From a bacterium (GTDB lineage: Bacteria; Zhuqueibacterota; Zhuqueibacteria; Zhuqueibacterales; Zhuqueibacteraceae): DNA of 43,271 bases. Numbering within the stretch: the first letter of the stretch is position 1; every line of letters starts with the position of its first letter. The notes below the pieces were generated by a model. That model saw only the letters and a list, made by a program, of their open reading frames with translations. It was not told where the DNA came from and ran no database searches. Position numbers and translations under genes: made by a program. Of this stretch, positions 9,194 to 17,913 are shown piece by piece. Location of the stretch: NCBI GenBank assembly GCA_044869275.1, contig JBIOXB010000242.1, positions 1-43,271 on the forward strand. Direction: 5' to 3'.

Positions 9194-9565
9194 TCACGTT
9201 TGACGTTCGTCCGGCGTGTAAGCGAGTACGCTTAGAATACGGCTTTGCTCGGCCGGAGAGAGATTTTTTTCCAGCACGTCCCACACGCGATCCTGTCGAT
9301 CGGCGTCTTCCATGCCTGCAAATTCGCGCGACACGACGTAGCCGCTGATTTTTTCCCCATCCTCGCTCACTTCGAATTTGAGCGCGTCGGCGTCGTGAAA
9401 CTCGTCATTCAGCAGCGTTTTGACGCGGCGCACGAAAAGCTCCCAATCAATAAAGTCGGCGGGCGCGTCCTTGGCTGCTGCGAGCTTGCGCAAAATCTCT
9501 TCCCACGAGGCCTGGTCGGAAAGTTGTTTGAGAAGTTGTAAGGCTTGTTTCTTGGGGGTTTCCAA
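9194..9565 (-). CDS. Hypothetical protein: antitoxin-like N-terminus plus BolA-like C-terminal domain
   Basis: AAGGAGGA RBS before TTG 9565; VVSREFAGM...RQDRVWDVL...LAYTPDE follows the BolA pattern. Confidence 0.65.
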   Translation of the reverse strand: METPKKQALQLLKQLSDQASWEEILRKLAAAKDAPADFIDWELFVRRVKTLLNDEFHDADALKFEVSEDGEKISGYVVSREFAGMEDADRQDRVWDVLEKNLSPAEQSRILSVLAYTPDERQT

Positions 9566-9785
9566 AATATCCTCCTTCAAAGAATATCTATTTCTGGGTC
9601 ACGAAACTTCGCGTCTCAAGGATAAACGCTACGAATTTAAGGCTCCGCGCGAGAAAAGCAAGTGAAAACCTGGAAAGATTTGGAATGCAAAAATCCGCTT
9701 GCGTTTGCCAAAAGCGCTATTAGATTTTGCACACAATTTTTAGTGAGAGTCCGCGGGCTGAACATTCTTTCATTCCAGGAAAGCG

Positions 9786-10925
9786 ATGATTCCCATTTAC
9801 CTCGATTACAATGCCACGACGCCCATCGACCCCGAAGTGGCGGAAGCGATGGCGCCTTATTTGGCCAAATATTTTGGCAATCCCAGCAGCTCGCATTGGT
9901 ACGGGGAGAACACGCGGCGCGCGCTGGAGCTGGCGCGGCGGCAGACCGCGCAACTGCTCGGCTGCGCGCCCGACGAGGTCTTATTCACCAGCGGCGGCAG
10001 CGAAGCGAACAATTCCGCCTTGAAAGGGTTTGCTTGGGCCAATCGTGAGCGCGGCGATCATATCATTACCACGGCAATCGAACACCCTGCCATTTTGGAG
10101 ACCTGCAAATTTCTGGAGCGGCAAGGATTTCGCGTCACATATTTGCCCGTGGACGAGTTCGGCCAGGTACCGTCGGCGGCGCTGGCAGGAGCCCTGGCAC
10201 CGCAAACGATCCTGATCAGCGTGATGCACGCAAATAATGAAGTGGGCACGCTGCAACCGCTGGCAGAAATCGCCAAGCTTGCGCACGCTGCCGGGATTGC
10301 CGTGCATTGCGACGCCGCGCAATCACTGGGCAAGCTACCGGTGCGTATCGATCAGCTCGGCGTTGACATGCTCTCCCTCGCGGGACACAAGCTCTACGCG
10401 CCGATCGGCGTGGGCGCGCTGTTCGTGCGGCGCGGTTTCAAACTGGAGCCGCTGATTCATGGGGCCAAGCAGGAACAACAGCGCCGCGCGGGCACGGAAA
10501 ATGTTTTGGAAATCGTGGCCTTGGGAAAAGCATGCGAAATCGCCGGGCGGGATTTGGCGAAAAACATGGCGCACATGAAGGGCATGCGCGATCGCCTGCG
10601 CGCGGGCTTGCAAAGCAGCGGTTTGGATTTGCGTTTCAATGGCCATCCCGAACAGGCTTTGCCGAACACTCTGAGCGTGAGTTTTCGCAACGTGCCGGCG
10701 CATGCTTTGCTGGCGGAAATCAGCAACGAAGTCGTGGCCTCGGCAGGCGCGGCTTGTCATTCCGAAGCTATGGTCATTTCGCACGTTTTGCAAGCCATGC
10801 GCGTGCCACCGGATTATGCCATGGGCACGATCCGCTTTTCCACCGGAAGAAAAACGACCACCCTGGAAATCGATCGCACCTTGACGGTATTGCGATATGC
10901 GGTCAAAAAACTGCAGCAATCGTGA
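9786..10925 (+). CDS. Cysteine desulfurase, NifS/IscS family (class V PLP enzyme)
   Basis: IYLDYNATTP, GNPSS, FTSGGSEANN, GHKLYAP PLP lysine, RAGTEN, SAGAACHS catalytic Cys. Confidence 0.93.
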   Translation: MIPIYLDYNATTPIDPEVAEAMAPYLAKYFGNPSSSHWYGENTRRALELARRQTAQLLGCAPDEVLFTSGGSEANNSALKGFAWANRERGDHIITTAIEHPAILETCKFLERQGFRVTYLPVDEFGQVPSAALAGALAPQTILISVMHANNEVGTLQPLAEIAKLAHAAGIAVHCDAAQSLGKLPVRIDQLGVDMLSLAGHKLYAPIGVGALFVRRGFKLEPLIHGAKQEQQRRAGTENVLEIVALGKACEIAGRDLAKNMAHMKGMRDRLRAGLQSSGLDLRFNGHPEQALPNTLSVSFRNVPAHALLAEISNEVVASAGAACHSEAMVISHVLQAMRVPPDYAMGTIRFSTGRKTTTLEIDRTLTVLRYAVKKLQQS

Positions 10926-10984
10926 ATCCTGTGAGATGAGCGAAAATTCAAACGTGAATAATTCCAAACCCAGGGAGGTGTTCC

Positions 10985-11218
10985 TTGTCCGACGCGTTGT
11001 GGATTGCGCTGGTTACGGAAACGAAAATCCGGCGCGATGAGGCGCGCACCAATGCCGAAATCGTCAAGGGACTGAGAGCCACACTGCAAGGCTCGACTGA
11101 AAAAATGTTTCTGCAATTTCTTCCCATTTTCAACGCCACTCGCCAAAAAGTGGAGATCAGCGACGAAGCCCACCTGCCGCCGTTTTACCGGCTGGTTTAC
11201 CTCATGAAGATCAAGTAA
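10985..11218 (+). CDS. Small hypothetical protein or gene remnant (77 aa)
   Basis: GGGAGGTG RBS just before TTG; fills the gap between co-directional genes. Confidence 0.5.
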   Translation: MSDALWIALVTETKIRRDEARTNAEIVKGLRATLQGSTEKMFLQFLPIFNATRQKVEISDEAHLPPFYRLVYLMKIK

Positions 11219-11339
11219 TCTTTCGATATGCTCCGGCCAGTCAAGCCAAGGCTTTCTGCGCGCCTTGCATTTGATGCCGAGGTTTCGTAATTATGGAAAA
11301 GCGAAAAGATTGTCTCGCCTGGGTTTATTTAGGACTCAT

Positions 11340-12785
11340 ATGGCGTTCAAAGCTATACTGCAAAAATACTTCGGCTACTCTGCCTTCCGCGGCCCGCAGG
11401 AGGAAATCATCAAGCATGTGCTCAGCAAAAAACATGCGCTGGTGATCATGCCGACGGGCATGGGCAAGTCCCTGTGCTATCAAATCCCGGGAATCATGCA
11501 GGAGGGATTGACGGTCATCATTTCTCCGCTGATTGCGTTGATGAAAGATCAGGTCGATGACTTGGTTATGCGCGGTATCGACGCGGCCTTTATCAATGCC
11601 TCTTTGAGCCGCGCAGAACGTGAGGCGCGCTATGCCGCGTTGCGCGCAGGGGCGTACAAGCTGCTTTATGTCACGCCTGAACGCTTTCGCAAATCCCAAT
11701 TTATAGAATTGATCGGCAAGCGGCGGGTTGATTTGCTGGCCGTGGATGAAGCGCATTGCATCAGCGAGTGGGGCCATGATTTCCGGCCGGATTACACCCG
11801 CCTGTGCGAGTTTCGCGCCTTATTGGGGAGCCCCACGACCATCGCACTGACCGCCACGGCGACTCCGGAAGTGCAGAGGGATATTATTTCCCAGCTTGGA
11901 TTGCGGCCCGCAGAAATCAAAGTCTTTCATGAAGGCATTGCGCGGCCGAATCTTTTTCTGCAGGTCGAGGAAGTATGGGGCGAAGATAAGAAGCTGGCGT
12001 TTATTTTGGCGCAACGCCGGAGCCAACCGGGCAACGGCGTGGTCTATTTTGCCTTGATCAAGTCGCTGGCTTCCATGAGCGCGCTGTTGCAGCGCGCCGG
12101 CATCCGCCATTTGCGTTATCACGGTGATCTGAACGCGTTCGAGCGCAGGCGCGTGCAGGAAAGATTCATGCACGGCGAGAACCAGCTCGTGCTGGCGACC
12201 AACGCTTTCGGCATGGGTATTGACAAAGCCAATATTCGTTTCGTCGTGCACGCGGAATTGCCCGGCACGCTGGAAGCGTACTATCAAGAAATCGGTCGCG
12301 CCGGCCGCGACGGCTTGCCCTCACGGTGTACGCTGTTGTACGATGAACAAGATTTGCTGATCCAGATGGACTTCATCAAATGGAACAATCCCGGCGCGGC
12401 GTTTTATGAGCGGCTTTATCATTTTCTAATCGAAGATATCGAAGCCGTGAATGCCTTGGGCCTGGAAGGATTAAAGGAAAAGCTACATTTTAAGAACCGC
12501 TATGATTTCCGCTTGGAAACGGCATTGGGCATGCTGGAGCGTCACGGCGTCACCGCGGGCGACTTGGAGGCGAAAACGCTGACCGTCAACGGCGTACTGC
12601 CGCCAGCCTTGACGGATCAAGCTGGGCTGGAGGAGAAGCTCAAACGCGAGCAAAAGAAGCTCTATACCATGGTGCAGTATGCCAAGACCGGCAGCTGCCG
12701 CAAAACGTTCATTCACGAGTATTTTGGCTTGCCGCATGCCGCACGATGCGGCGCATGCGAAGTTTGCCAACCCCCCAAAGCATAG
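11340..12785 (+). CDS. recQ: RecQ-family ATP-dependent DNA helicase (short form, no HRDC)
   Basis: MPTGMGKSLCYQ, VDEAHCISEWGHDFRPDY, ALTATAT, ATNAFGMGIDK, YYQEIGRAGRDG, C-terminal Zn Cys cluster. Confidence 0.93.
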   Translation: MAFKAILQKYFGYSAFRGPQEEIIKHVLSKKHALVIMPTGMGKSLCYQIPGIMQEGLTVIISPLIALMKDQVDDLVMRGIDAAFINASLSRAEREARYAALRAGAYKLLYVTPERFRKSQFIELIGKRRVDLLAVDEAHCISEWGHDFRPDYTRLCEFRALLGSPTTIALTATATPEVQRDIISQLGLRPAEIKVFHEGIARPNLFLQVEEVWGEDKKLAFILAQRRSQPGNGVVYFALIKSLASMSALLQRAGIRHLRYHGDLNAFERRRVQERFMHGENQLVLATNAFGMGIDKANIRFVVHAELPGTLEAYYQEIGRAGRDGLPSRCTLLYDEQDLLIQMDFIKWNNPGAAFYERLYHFLIEDIEAVNALGLEGLKEKLHFKNRYDFRLETALGMLERHGVTAGDLEAKTLTVNGVLPPALTDQAGLEEKLKREQKKLYTMVQYAKTGSCRKTFIHEYFGLPHAARCGACEVCQPPKA

Positions 12786-12817
12786 CATCGCGCTAAACGC
12801 CGTGATCATCTCATAAC

Positions 12818-13456
12818 ATGATCTCATCATTCGATCAGCTTCGGGTCTTTGTCGTCGCCGATGATCCGCTCGCGCGCAGCAGCCTGGTCAATCTGCTCGC
12901 CTCGGAAACGGAGGTCGTCCTTGCCGGACAGGGTGCGACCGGAAATCGCTTGCCGGCGGACCTCGAACGCGCGGCGCCCGGCGTCGTATTGTGGGATTTG
13001 GGCTGGAATCCTGAAAGCGCACTCGAATTTTTGCGAGGTTTTGCGCCCACGCAACTGCCCATCCTGGTTTTGCTGCCAGATGAAACGCATGCCATTGCCG
13101 CGCGCGTTGAAAACGTGCGCGGCCTTTTATTGCGGGAAATCGATGCCGAAACTCTGCTGGCAGCGTTAGGCGCCGTATCGCAAGGATTGCTGGTGCTTGA
13201 TCCGGTTTTGGCCGATGCCGTGTTGCGCGCGCGACCGGAACCGCACAGTTCGCCGGGGGAAATGTTGACGCGACGTGAAATGGAAGTGCTGCAGCTCGTA
13301 GCGGAAGGTCTATCCAACAAAATCATTGCCCAACGCCTCCACCTCAGCGAACATACCATCAAATTTCATTTAAATTCCCTCATGAGCAAGCTGAACGCGC
13401 AAAGCCGCACCGACGCCGTGGTGCGCGCCACACGCCTGGGATTGATTTTTCTCTGA
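12818..13456 (+). CDS. NarL/LuxR-family response regulator with atypical receiver domain
   Basis: LTRREMEVLQLVAEGLSNKIIAQRLHLSEHTIKFH LuxR HTH; REC-like N-terminus. Confidence 0.9.
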   Translation: MISSFDQLRVFVVADDPLARSSLVNLLASETEVVLAGQGATGNRLPADLERAAPGVVLWDLGWNPESALEFLRGFAPTQLPILVLLPDETHAIAARVENVRGLLLREIDAETLLAALGAVSQGLLVLDPVLADAVLRARPEPHSSPGEMLTRREMEVLQLVAEGLSNKIIAQRLHLSEHTIKFHLNSLMSKLNAQSRTDAVVRATRLGLIFL

Positions 13457-13556
13457 CCTAGACTTTTTTCCAGCCCTTTTCCCGCCAAACGGTTGAAGTT
13501 TTCCTGCGCGATTATTGTTTTCTTGCATTGGTGAAATTGTTCAGAATGTTTATTTC

Positions 13557-13637
13557 GCTCTTACTCGTGCTCCTGCTCTTACTCACTCCTTTCAGGGCAA
13601 TTAAGAGTAAGAGTAGGAGTGTGGGCACGAGTAAGAG
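13557..13637. repeat. Inverted degenerate tandem repeat, 6-bp period (RCTCnT / AnGAGY)
   Basis: CTCTTACTCGTGCTC on the left pairs with GGGCACGAGTAAGAG on the right. Confidence 0.85.
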
Positions 13638-13684
13638 GAACATCTTGCAACTCCGGCTAAAATAAAATATCGAGGAGACTGGCG

Positions 13685-14581
13685 ATGAGCACTATTTTGC
13701 AAGGCTTTTCCGATGCGGCGGCGGAGTTGATCGCCAAATCACAGCACAGCGTCGTTCGCATTGACGCGCGGCGGCGCTTTCCGGCCAGCGGTTTGGCGTG
13801 GTCGGGTGACGGCGTCATCGTCACGGCGAATCACATTGTGCAACGCGAAGACAAAATCAGCGTGACTTCATTCGACGGCGCCACGCATGCCGCGACTTTG
13901 ATCGGCCGCGACCCCACGACCGACTTGGCAGCCGTGCGGATCGAGCCCAGGAATCTCGCGACCCTTCCCCTGGGCTCTTTGGAGAATCTCAAAGTCGGTC
14001 ATCTGGCCCTTGCCTTGGCGCGGCCGGGACAAAGAATCCAGGCCACGCTCGGCATGGTGAGCGGCGTGGGTGACAAGTGGCGCTCACCTTTTGGCGGTGT
14101 ATTGGATGTTCTCCTGCGCACGGAGATCTCCATGTATCCCGGCTTTTCCGGCGGCCCGTTGCTGAACGCACAAGGAGAGCTGTTAGGGTTGAACAGCTCG
14201 GCGCTGTCGCGGCACTCCAATCTCGCCATTCCGGCGACGACGGTTCAGCGCGTGGTAGATGAGCTCTTACAATTTGGCCGCGTGCGCCGGGGTTATTTGG
14301 GGATTGGGGTGCAGCCCGCAGATCTGCCGGCAGCTCTGCAGCAACAACTCCAGCAAGAAAACGGCTTGCTCATCGTATCCGTTGCGCCGGATAGTCCCGC
14401 AGAAAAGCACGGCCTGCTTTTGGGTGATACCATCATTTCTGTCGAAGGCCAAGCCGTCGAGCAAATGGAGCAATTGCTGGCGAGCCTGAGCAGCGATCGC
14501 ATTCAGCAGGAAATCAAGATGAGTATCGTACGCGGCGGGCAGTTGCAGGAAGTGAGCATCGTCGTGGGCGAGAATGTTTGA
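13685..14581 (+). CDS. HtrA-like S1C serine protease with PDZ domain, no signal peptide
   Basis: TANHIV, TDLAAV, PGFSGGPL triad; RGYLGI...DSPAEKHGLLLGD PDZ; GAGGAG RBS. Confidence 0.9.
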   Translation: MSTILQGFSDAAAELIAKSQHSVVRIDARRRFPASGLAWSGDGVIVTANHIVQREDKISVTSFDGATHAATLIGRDPTTDLAAVRIEPRNLATLPLGSLENLKVGHLALALARPGQRIQATLGMVSGVGDKWRSPFGGVLDVLLRTEISMYPGFSGGPLLNAQGELLGLNSSALSRHSNLAIPATTVQRVVDELLQFGRVRRGYLGIGVQPADLPAALQQQLQQENGLLIVSVAPDSPAEKHGLLLGDTIISVEGQAVEQMEQLLASLSSDRIQQEIKMSIVRGGQLQEVSIVVGENV

Positions 14582-14584
14582 GAA

Positions 14585-14614
14585 GCAAAATGCAAAGAGC
14601 AAAAAACAAAGAGC
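14585..14614. repeat. Single-arm 7-bp tandem repeat (GCAAAAT/GCAAAGA)
   Basis: GCAAAAT GCAAAGA GCAAAAA ACAAAGA GC directly after the stop at 14581. Confidence 0.6.
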
Positions 14615-14680
14615 ATAAGAACTTTATCACTCCTACGAAGGCGGGAAGCTCATCGCTCCGCACACTAGAGAGAAAATGAA

Positions 14681-15691
14681 ATGGCAGACGTTTTAGCACT
14701 CCAGCATGAGAAAGATGCAAACGCGCCGCAAAATATTTCTGGAAATGACGCTTCAGATGATTATCTTCTCGATGCTTATTCGCGTGCCGTGGTGCATGCC
14801 GCGGAAATGGTCAGTCCGGCGGTGGTGAATCTCGAAGTCAAAAAACGCGTTGCGCACGGAGGCGAGATGAGCGGCAGCGGCTCGGGATTTATCTTCACGC
14901 CGGATGGCTTGATTTTGACGAACAGCCACGTCATTTCGCGCGCGGTTCGCATCGAGGTCACGCTGGCAGACGGCCGGCGCATGCAAGCGGATATTGCCGG
15001 CGACGATCCGCATACCGATCTTGCCGTCATCCGGATTCCCGCGGACGAGCTGGCTCCGGTGAAATTGGGAAATTCGGACACGATCAAAGTGGGGCAGTTG
15101 GCCATTGCCGTGGGCAATCCTTATGGCTTTCAATGCACCGTGACCGCGGGCGTGGTAAGCGCATTGGGCCGCTCGTTGCGCGCGGAATCCGGGCGCTTGG
15201 TCGATAATATTATTCAAACCGACGCCGCCCTAAATCCCGGCAACTCCGGCGGGCCGCTGGTGAACTCGCGCGGCGAAGTGATCGGCGTCAACACCGCGGT
15301 GATACGGCCCGCGCAGGGCTTGTGTTTTGCAATTGCGATCAATACCGCTGCATTCGTGGCGGGCCAGTTGCTCAAAGAAGGAAGAATCCGGCGCAGTTAC
15401 ATCGGGCTTGGCGGGCAAAACGTACCCTTGCACCGGCGCTTGATTCGATACCACAATTTGGAAACGGCCTCCGGCATTTTAGTGATTTCACTGGAAAAGG
15501 GCGGACCGGCAGCGCGCGCCAATATTCGCGAAGGGGATGTCATCATCGCTTTCAACGCGAGACCGGTCAAGAGCATTGACGATCTGCATCGCTATTTGAC
15601 CGAAGAATTCATCGGCGTGCCAGCGCGATTGACGATGCTGCGCCACACGGAAAAAATCGTGGAAGAAGTAGTGCCGGTCGATTTGAATTAA
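14681..15691 (+). CDS. HtrA/DegP-like S1C serine protease with PDZ domain, no signal peptide
   Basis: GSGSGF, TNSHV, TDLAVI, IQTDAALNPGNSGGPL; C-terminal PDZ. Confidence 0.93.
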   Translation: MADVLALQHEKDANAPQNISGNDASDDYLLDAYSRAVVHAAEMVSPAVVNLEVKKRVAHGGEMSGSGSGFIFTPDGLILTNSHVISRAVRIEVTLADGRRMQADIAGDDPHTDLAVIRIPADELAPVKLGNSDTIKVGQLAIAVGNPYGFQCTVTAGVVSALGRSLRAESGRLVDNIIQTDAALNPGNSGGPLVNSRGEVIGVNTAVIRPAQGLCFAIAINTAAFVAGQLLKEGRIRRSYIGLGGQNVPLHRRLIRYHNLETASGILVISLEKGGPAARANIREGDVIIAFNARPVKSIDDLHRYLTEEFIGVPARLTMLRHTEKIVEEVVPVDLN

Positions 15692-15726
15692 GGAAAAGCA
15701 ACATTCGTAACTGGACGAGTTCAAAT

Positions 15727-15786
15727 ACTTTTCTTACGCATCACGTATCATAGATTATCTGCGTAAGGCGTAATGCGTAAGAAAGT
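15727..15786. repeat. Inverted degenerate tandem repeat, 7-bp period (TTACGCA / GCGTAAK)
   Basis: TTTCTTACGCAT is the exact reverse complement of ATGCGTAAGAAA; right arm GCGTAAG GCGTAAT GCGTAAG. Confidence 0.8.
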
Positions 15787-15830
15787 CTTTAAAATGCCTC
15801 GATTGGTAATGACTTAGAGATTCCACCCGC

Positions 15831-17009
15831 ATGTTTTTCATCTTCGCTCTCGGCGTTTGGTCCCTGGCTTGTTCCTACACTGCCTGGCGCCTGTTAGGGC
15901 CGCTGGCTCTAGGCACGGCGGCGAAATTCTTTGCCGTCTTCTGCGTGCTCGCTTTCATTTTTCTGCCCTTTTTCTATTGGCGCTTTTCGCGCCGCCATGA
16001 ATCCTCGCGTGTGAGCCAGATTTTATCGTGGATTACCTTTTTGGGCATGGGCGCGCTCAATTATCTGTGTCTGCTCTTGCTCCTGCGTGACACGCTCGGG
16101 CTTGGCGTTTTTCTTGTATCTAAATTCGCTGCCCTGGTGCACGGCCAGCCTGAATTATCTGCCGCGCTTCCTGCTGGCGTCGTGTCGAATTGGTGGCAGG
16201 CCAGCAATGTCTGGATCCTCGACCTGACCGGGCTGTTGGTGAGCTATGGCGTATATCAAGCACGCAAAAAGCCGAACCTCGTCGCGGTGAGCATTCCCAT
16301 TGCGGGTTTGCCTGAGGCGCTCGCCGGGCTGCGTATTGCTCAAATCAGCGACCTGCACGTCGGCGCAACCATTCGGCACGCCTTCGTCCGGAAGGTAATC
16401 GCGCGCGTGAATTCATTGCAGGCGGATATCATCGCCTTTACCGGCGATGTTGCGGATGGCGCAGTGGTCGATTTACGGCCGCACGTCGCGCTGCTGGCCG
16501 GACTATCGGCGCGATACGGCAAATTTTTCGTAACCGGCAATCACGAATATTATTCCGGCGCAGAAGCCTGGGTGCAAGAAATGCAGCGGCTGGAGTTCAC
16601 GGTTTTGTTGAATGAGCATCGCGAGCTGGATATTCACGGTCATAAAATTCTCGTCGCCGGCGTCACGGATTACAGCGCAGGTCATATTCTCTCCCGGCAT
16701 CAATCCCATCCCGCACAAGCGCTCGCGCACGAAGGGGCATGCGCTCTCAAGATTCTGCTCGCGCATCAGCCGCGCAGCATTTTTGCCGCCGCCCAAAACG
16801 GTTGTGACTTGCAGCTTTCCGGCCATACGCATGGCGGGCAATTTTTGCCGTGGAATTGGCTCGTGCCTTTGCAGCAGCCCTACCTTGCCGGATTGTTCAA
16901 ACACGAAAAAACGTGGCTCTATGTCAGCCGCGGCACCGGTTATTGGGGCCCGCCCTTGCGCATAGGCGCACCTTCTGAAATCACCTTGATTACGCTCGCC
17001 AAAGCTTGA
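15831..17009 (+). CDS. Membrane-anchored metallophosphoesterase (YkuE/YaeI-like)
   Basis: N-terminal TM helices; SDLH, TGD, GNHE, LLAHQP, SGHTHGGQ, YVSRGTG. Confidence 0.92.
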   Translation: MFFIFALGVWSLACSYTAWRLLGPLALGTAAKFFAVFCVLAFIFLPFFYWRFSRRHESSRVSQILSWITFLGMGALNYLCLLLLLRDTLGLGVFLVSKFAALVHGQPELSAALPAGVVSNWWQASNVWILDLTGLLVSYGVYQARKKPNLVAVSIPIAGLPEALAGLRIAQISDLHVGATIRHAFVRKVIARVNSLQADIIAFTGDVADGAVVDLRPHVALLAGLSARYGKFFVTGNHEYYSGAEAWVQEMQRLEFTVLLNEHRELDIHGHKILVAGVTDYSAGHILSRHQSHPAQALAHEGACALKILLAHQPRSIFAAAQNGCDLQLSGHTHGGQFLPWNWLVPLQQPYLAGLFKHEKTWLYVSRGTGYWGPPLRIGAPSEITLITLAKA

Positions 17010-17719
17010 GGCGCCGCACCTTGTTCGGACGCGAAACGACGCGCCAGGCATTCATACCAGCCTGGCCTTTTTCTTTTTGCTTTTTGCTGTTTGCCTTTCC
17101 CAAAAGCGAGTGGTATTTGCCGATTCGAGTGGCAGAGCGCCAATCCTGGCAACGCGTGCAATTGACCACGATCGGTGCATTTGGCTTGCAACGCAAAGCC
17201 CGGCCGCAGGTGGCGGCACACTATCACGCCGGCGTCGATTTCAAGCGGCCAGGCAACAATTATTTTGATGAACCGATTTTTCCGGCAAACCGTGGTGTGG
17301 TGATCAGCCTGCGCACAGACGGGCCGTTCGCGCAGATCATGATCGAACATTGTACCGCGGCACAAGATACGCTGTGGACCGTTTACGAGCACGTCGCCGG
17401 TGTTCGCGTCGTCGTCGGTGACACCGTTTCTCCCCGCCAACCCATGGCGCGTTTCATGAATACGGAAGAGTTGAATCTACATGGCTGGCAATTTGATCAT
17501 TTGCATTTCGAAATTCTCAAGCGCCGCCCGCACCCCATTCCGGCGACACGCCATACGCCGCAACGGCGATTCAAATCCTATAATTTGGATTGCTACACGC
17601 GCGAGAATCTCAAGAGATATTACCACGATCCACGGGAATTCTTTGAGAGGTGTTGGTCGAAGGCGAGTCAAAAAACGATGACCAATAACATTCCAGCCAA
17701 TGCTGGAATCTCCCGATGA
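17006..17719 (+). CDS. M23-family metallopeptidase (start uncertain)
   Basis: HAGVD (HxxxD) and HLHFEI (HxH), YEHV; TTG overlaps the upstream stop. Confidence 0.8.
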   Translation: MRRRTLFGRETTRQAFIPAWPFSFCFLLFAFPKSEWYLPIRVAERQSWQRVQLTTIGAFGLQRKARPQVAAHYHAGVDFKRPGNNYFDEPIFPANRGVVISLRTDGPFAQIMIEHCTAAQDTLWTVYEHVAGVRVVVGDTVSPRQPMARFMNTEELNLHGWQFDHLHFEILKRRPHPIPATRHTPQRRFKSYNLDCYTRENLKRYYHDPREFFERCWSKASQKTMTNNIPANAGISR

Positions 17720-17786
17720 GATGAAGAGATGACTGCACTGGCAGGCACAACTGATGGAAGGTCATCTGGCTTACAATCCAAAAAAC

Positions 17787-17820
17787 AAAAAGCCTGCTCG
17801 CTTCGCGAAACAGGCCTTTT
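17787..17820. terminator. Probable bidirectional terminator between convergent M23 and RND genes
   Basis: AAAAAGCCTG-loop-CAGGCCTTTT. Confidence 0.6.
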
Positions 17821-17845
17821 GCACCAACACCTCACCGTGTTTATT

Positions 17846-17910
17846 CCCTCTTCCCCCCGTCACCCCGTCTCCCCGTCTCCCTCTCTCCCCGTCTCCCTCT
17901 CCACCGTCTC
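17846..17910. repeat. Single-arm 8-bp tandem repeat (CCCCGTCT)n
   Basis: CCCCGTCA CCCCGTCT CCCCGTCT CCCTCTCT CCCCGTCT... just past the RND stop; same unit family as 22413-22565. Confidence 0.85.
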
Positions 17911-17913
17911 GCT

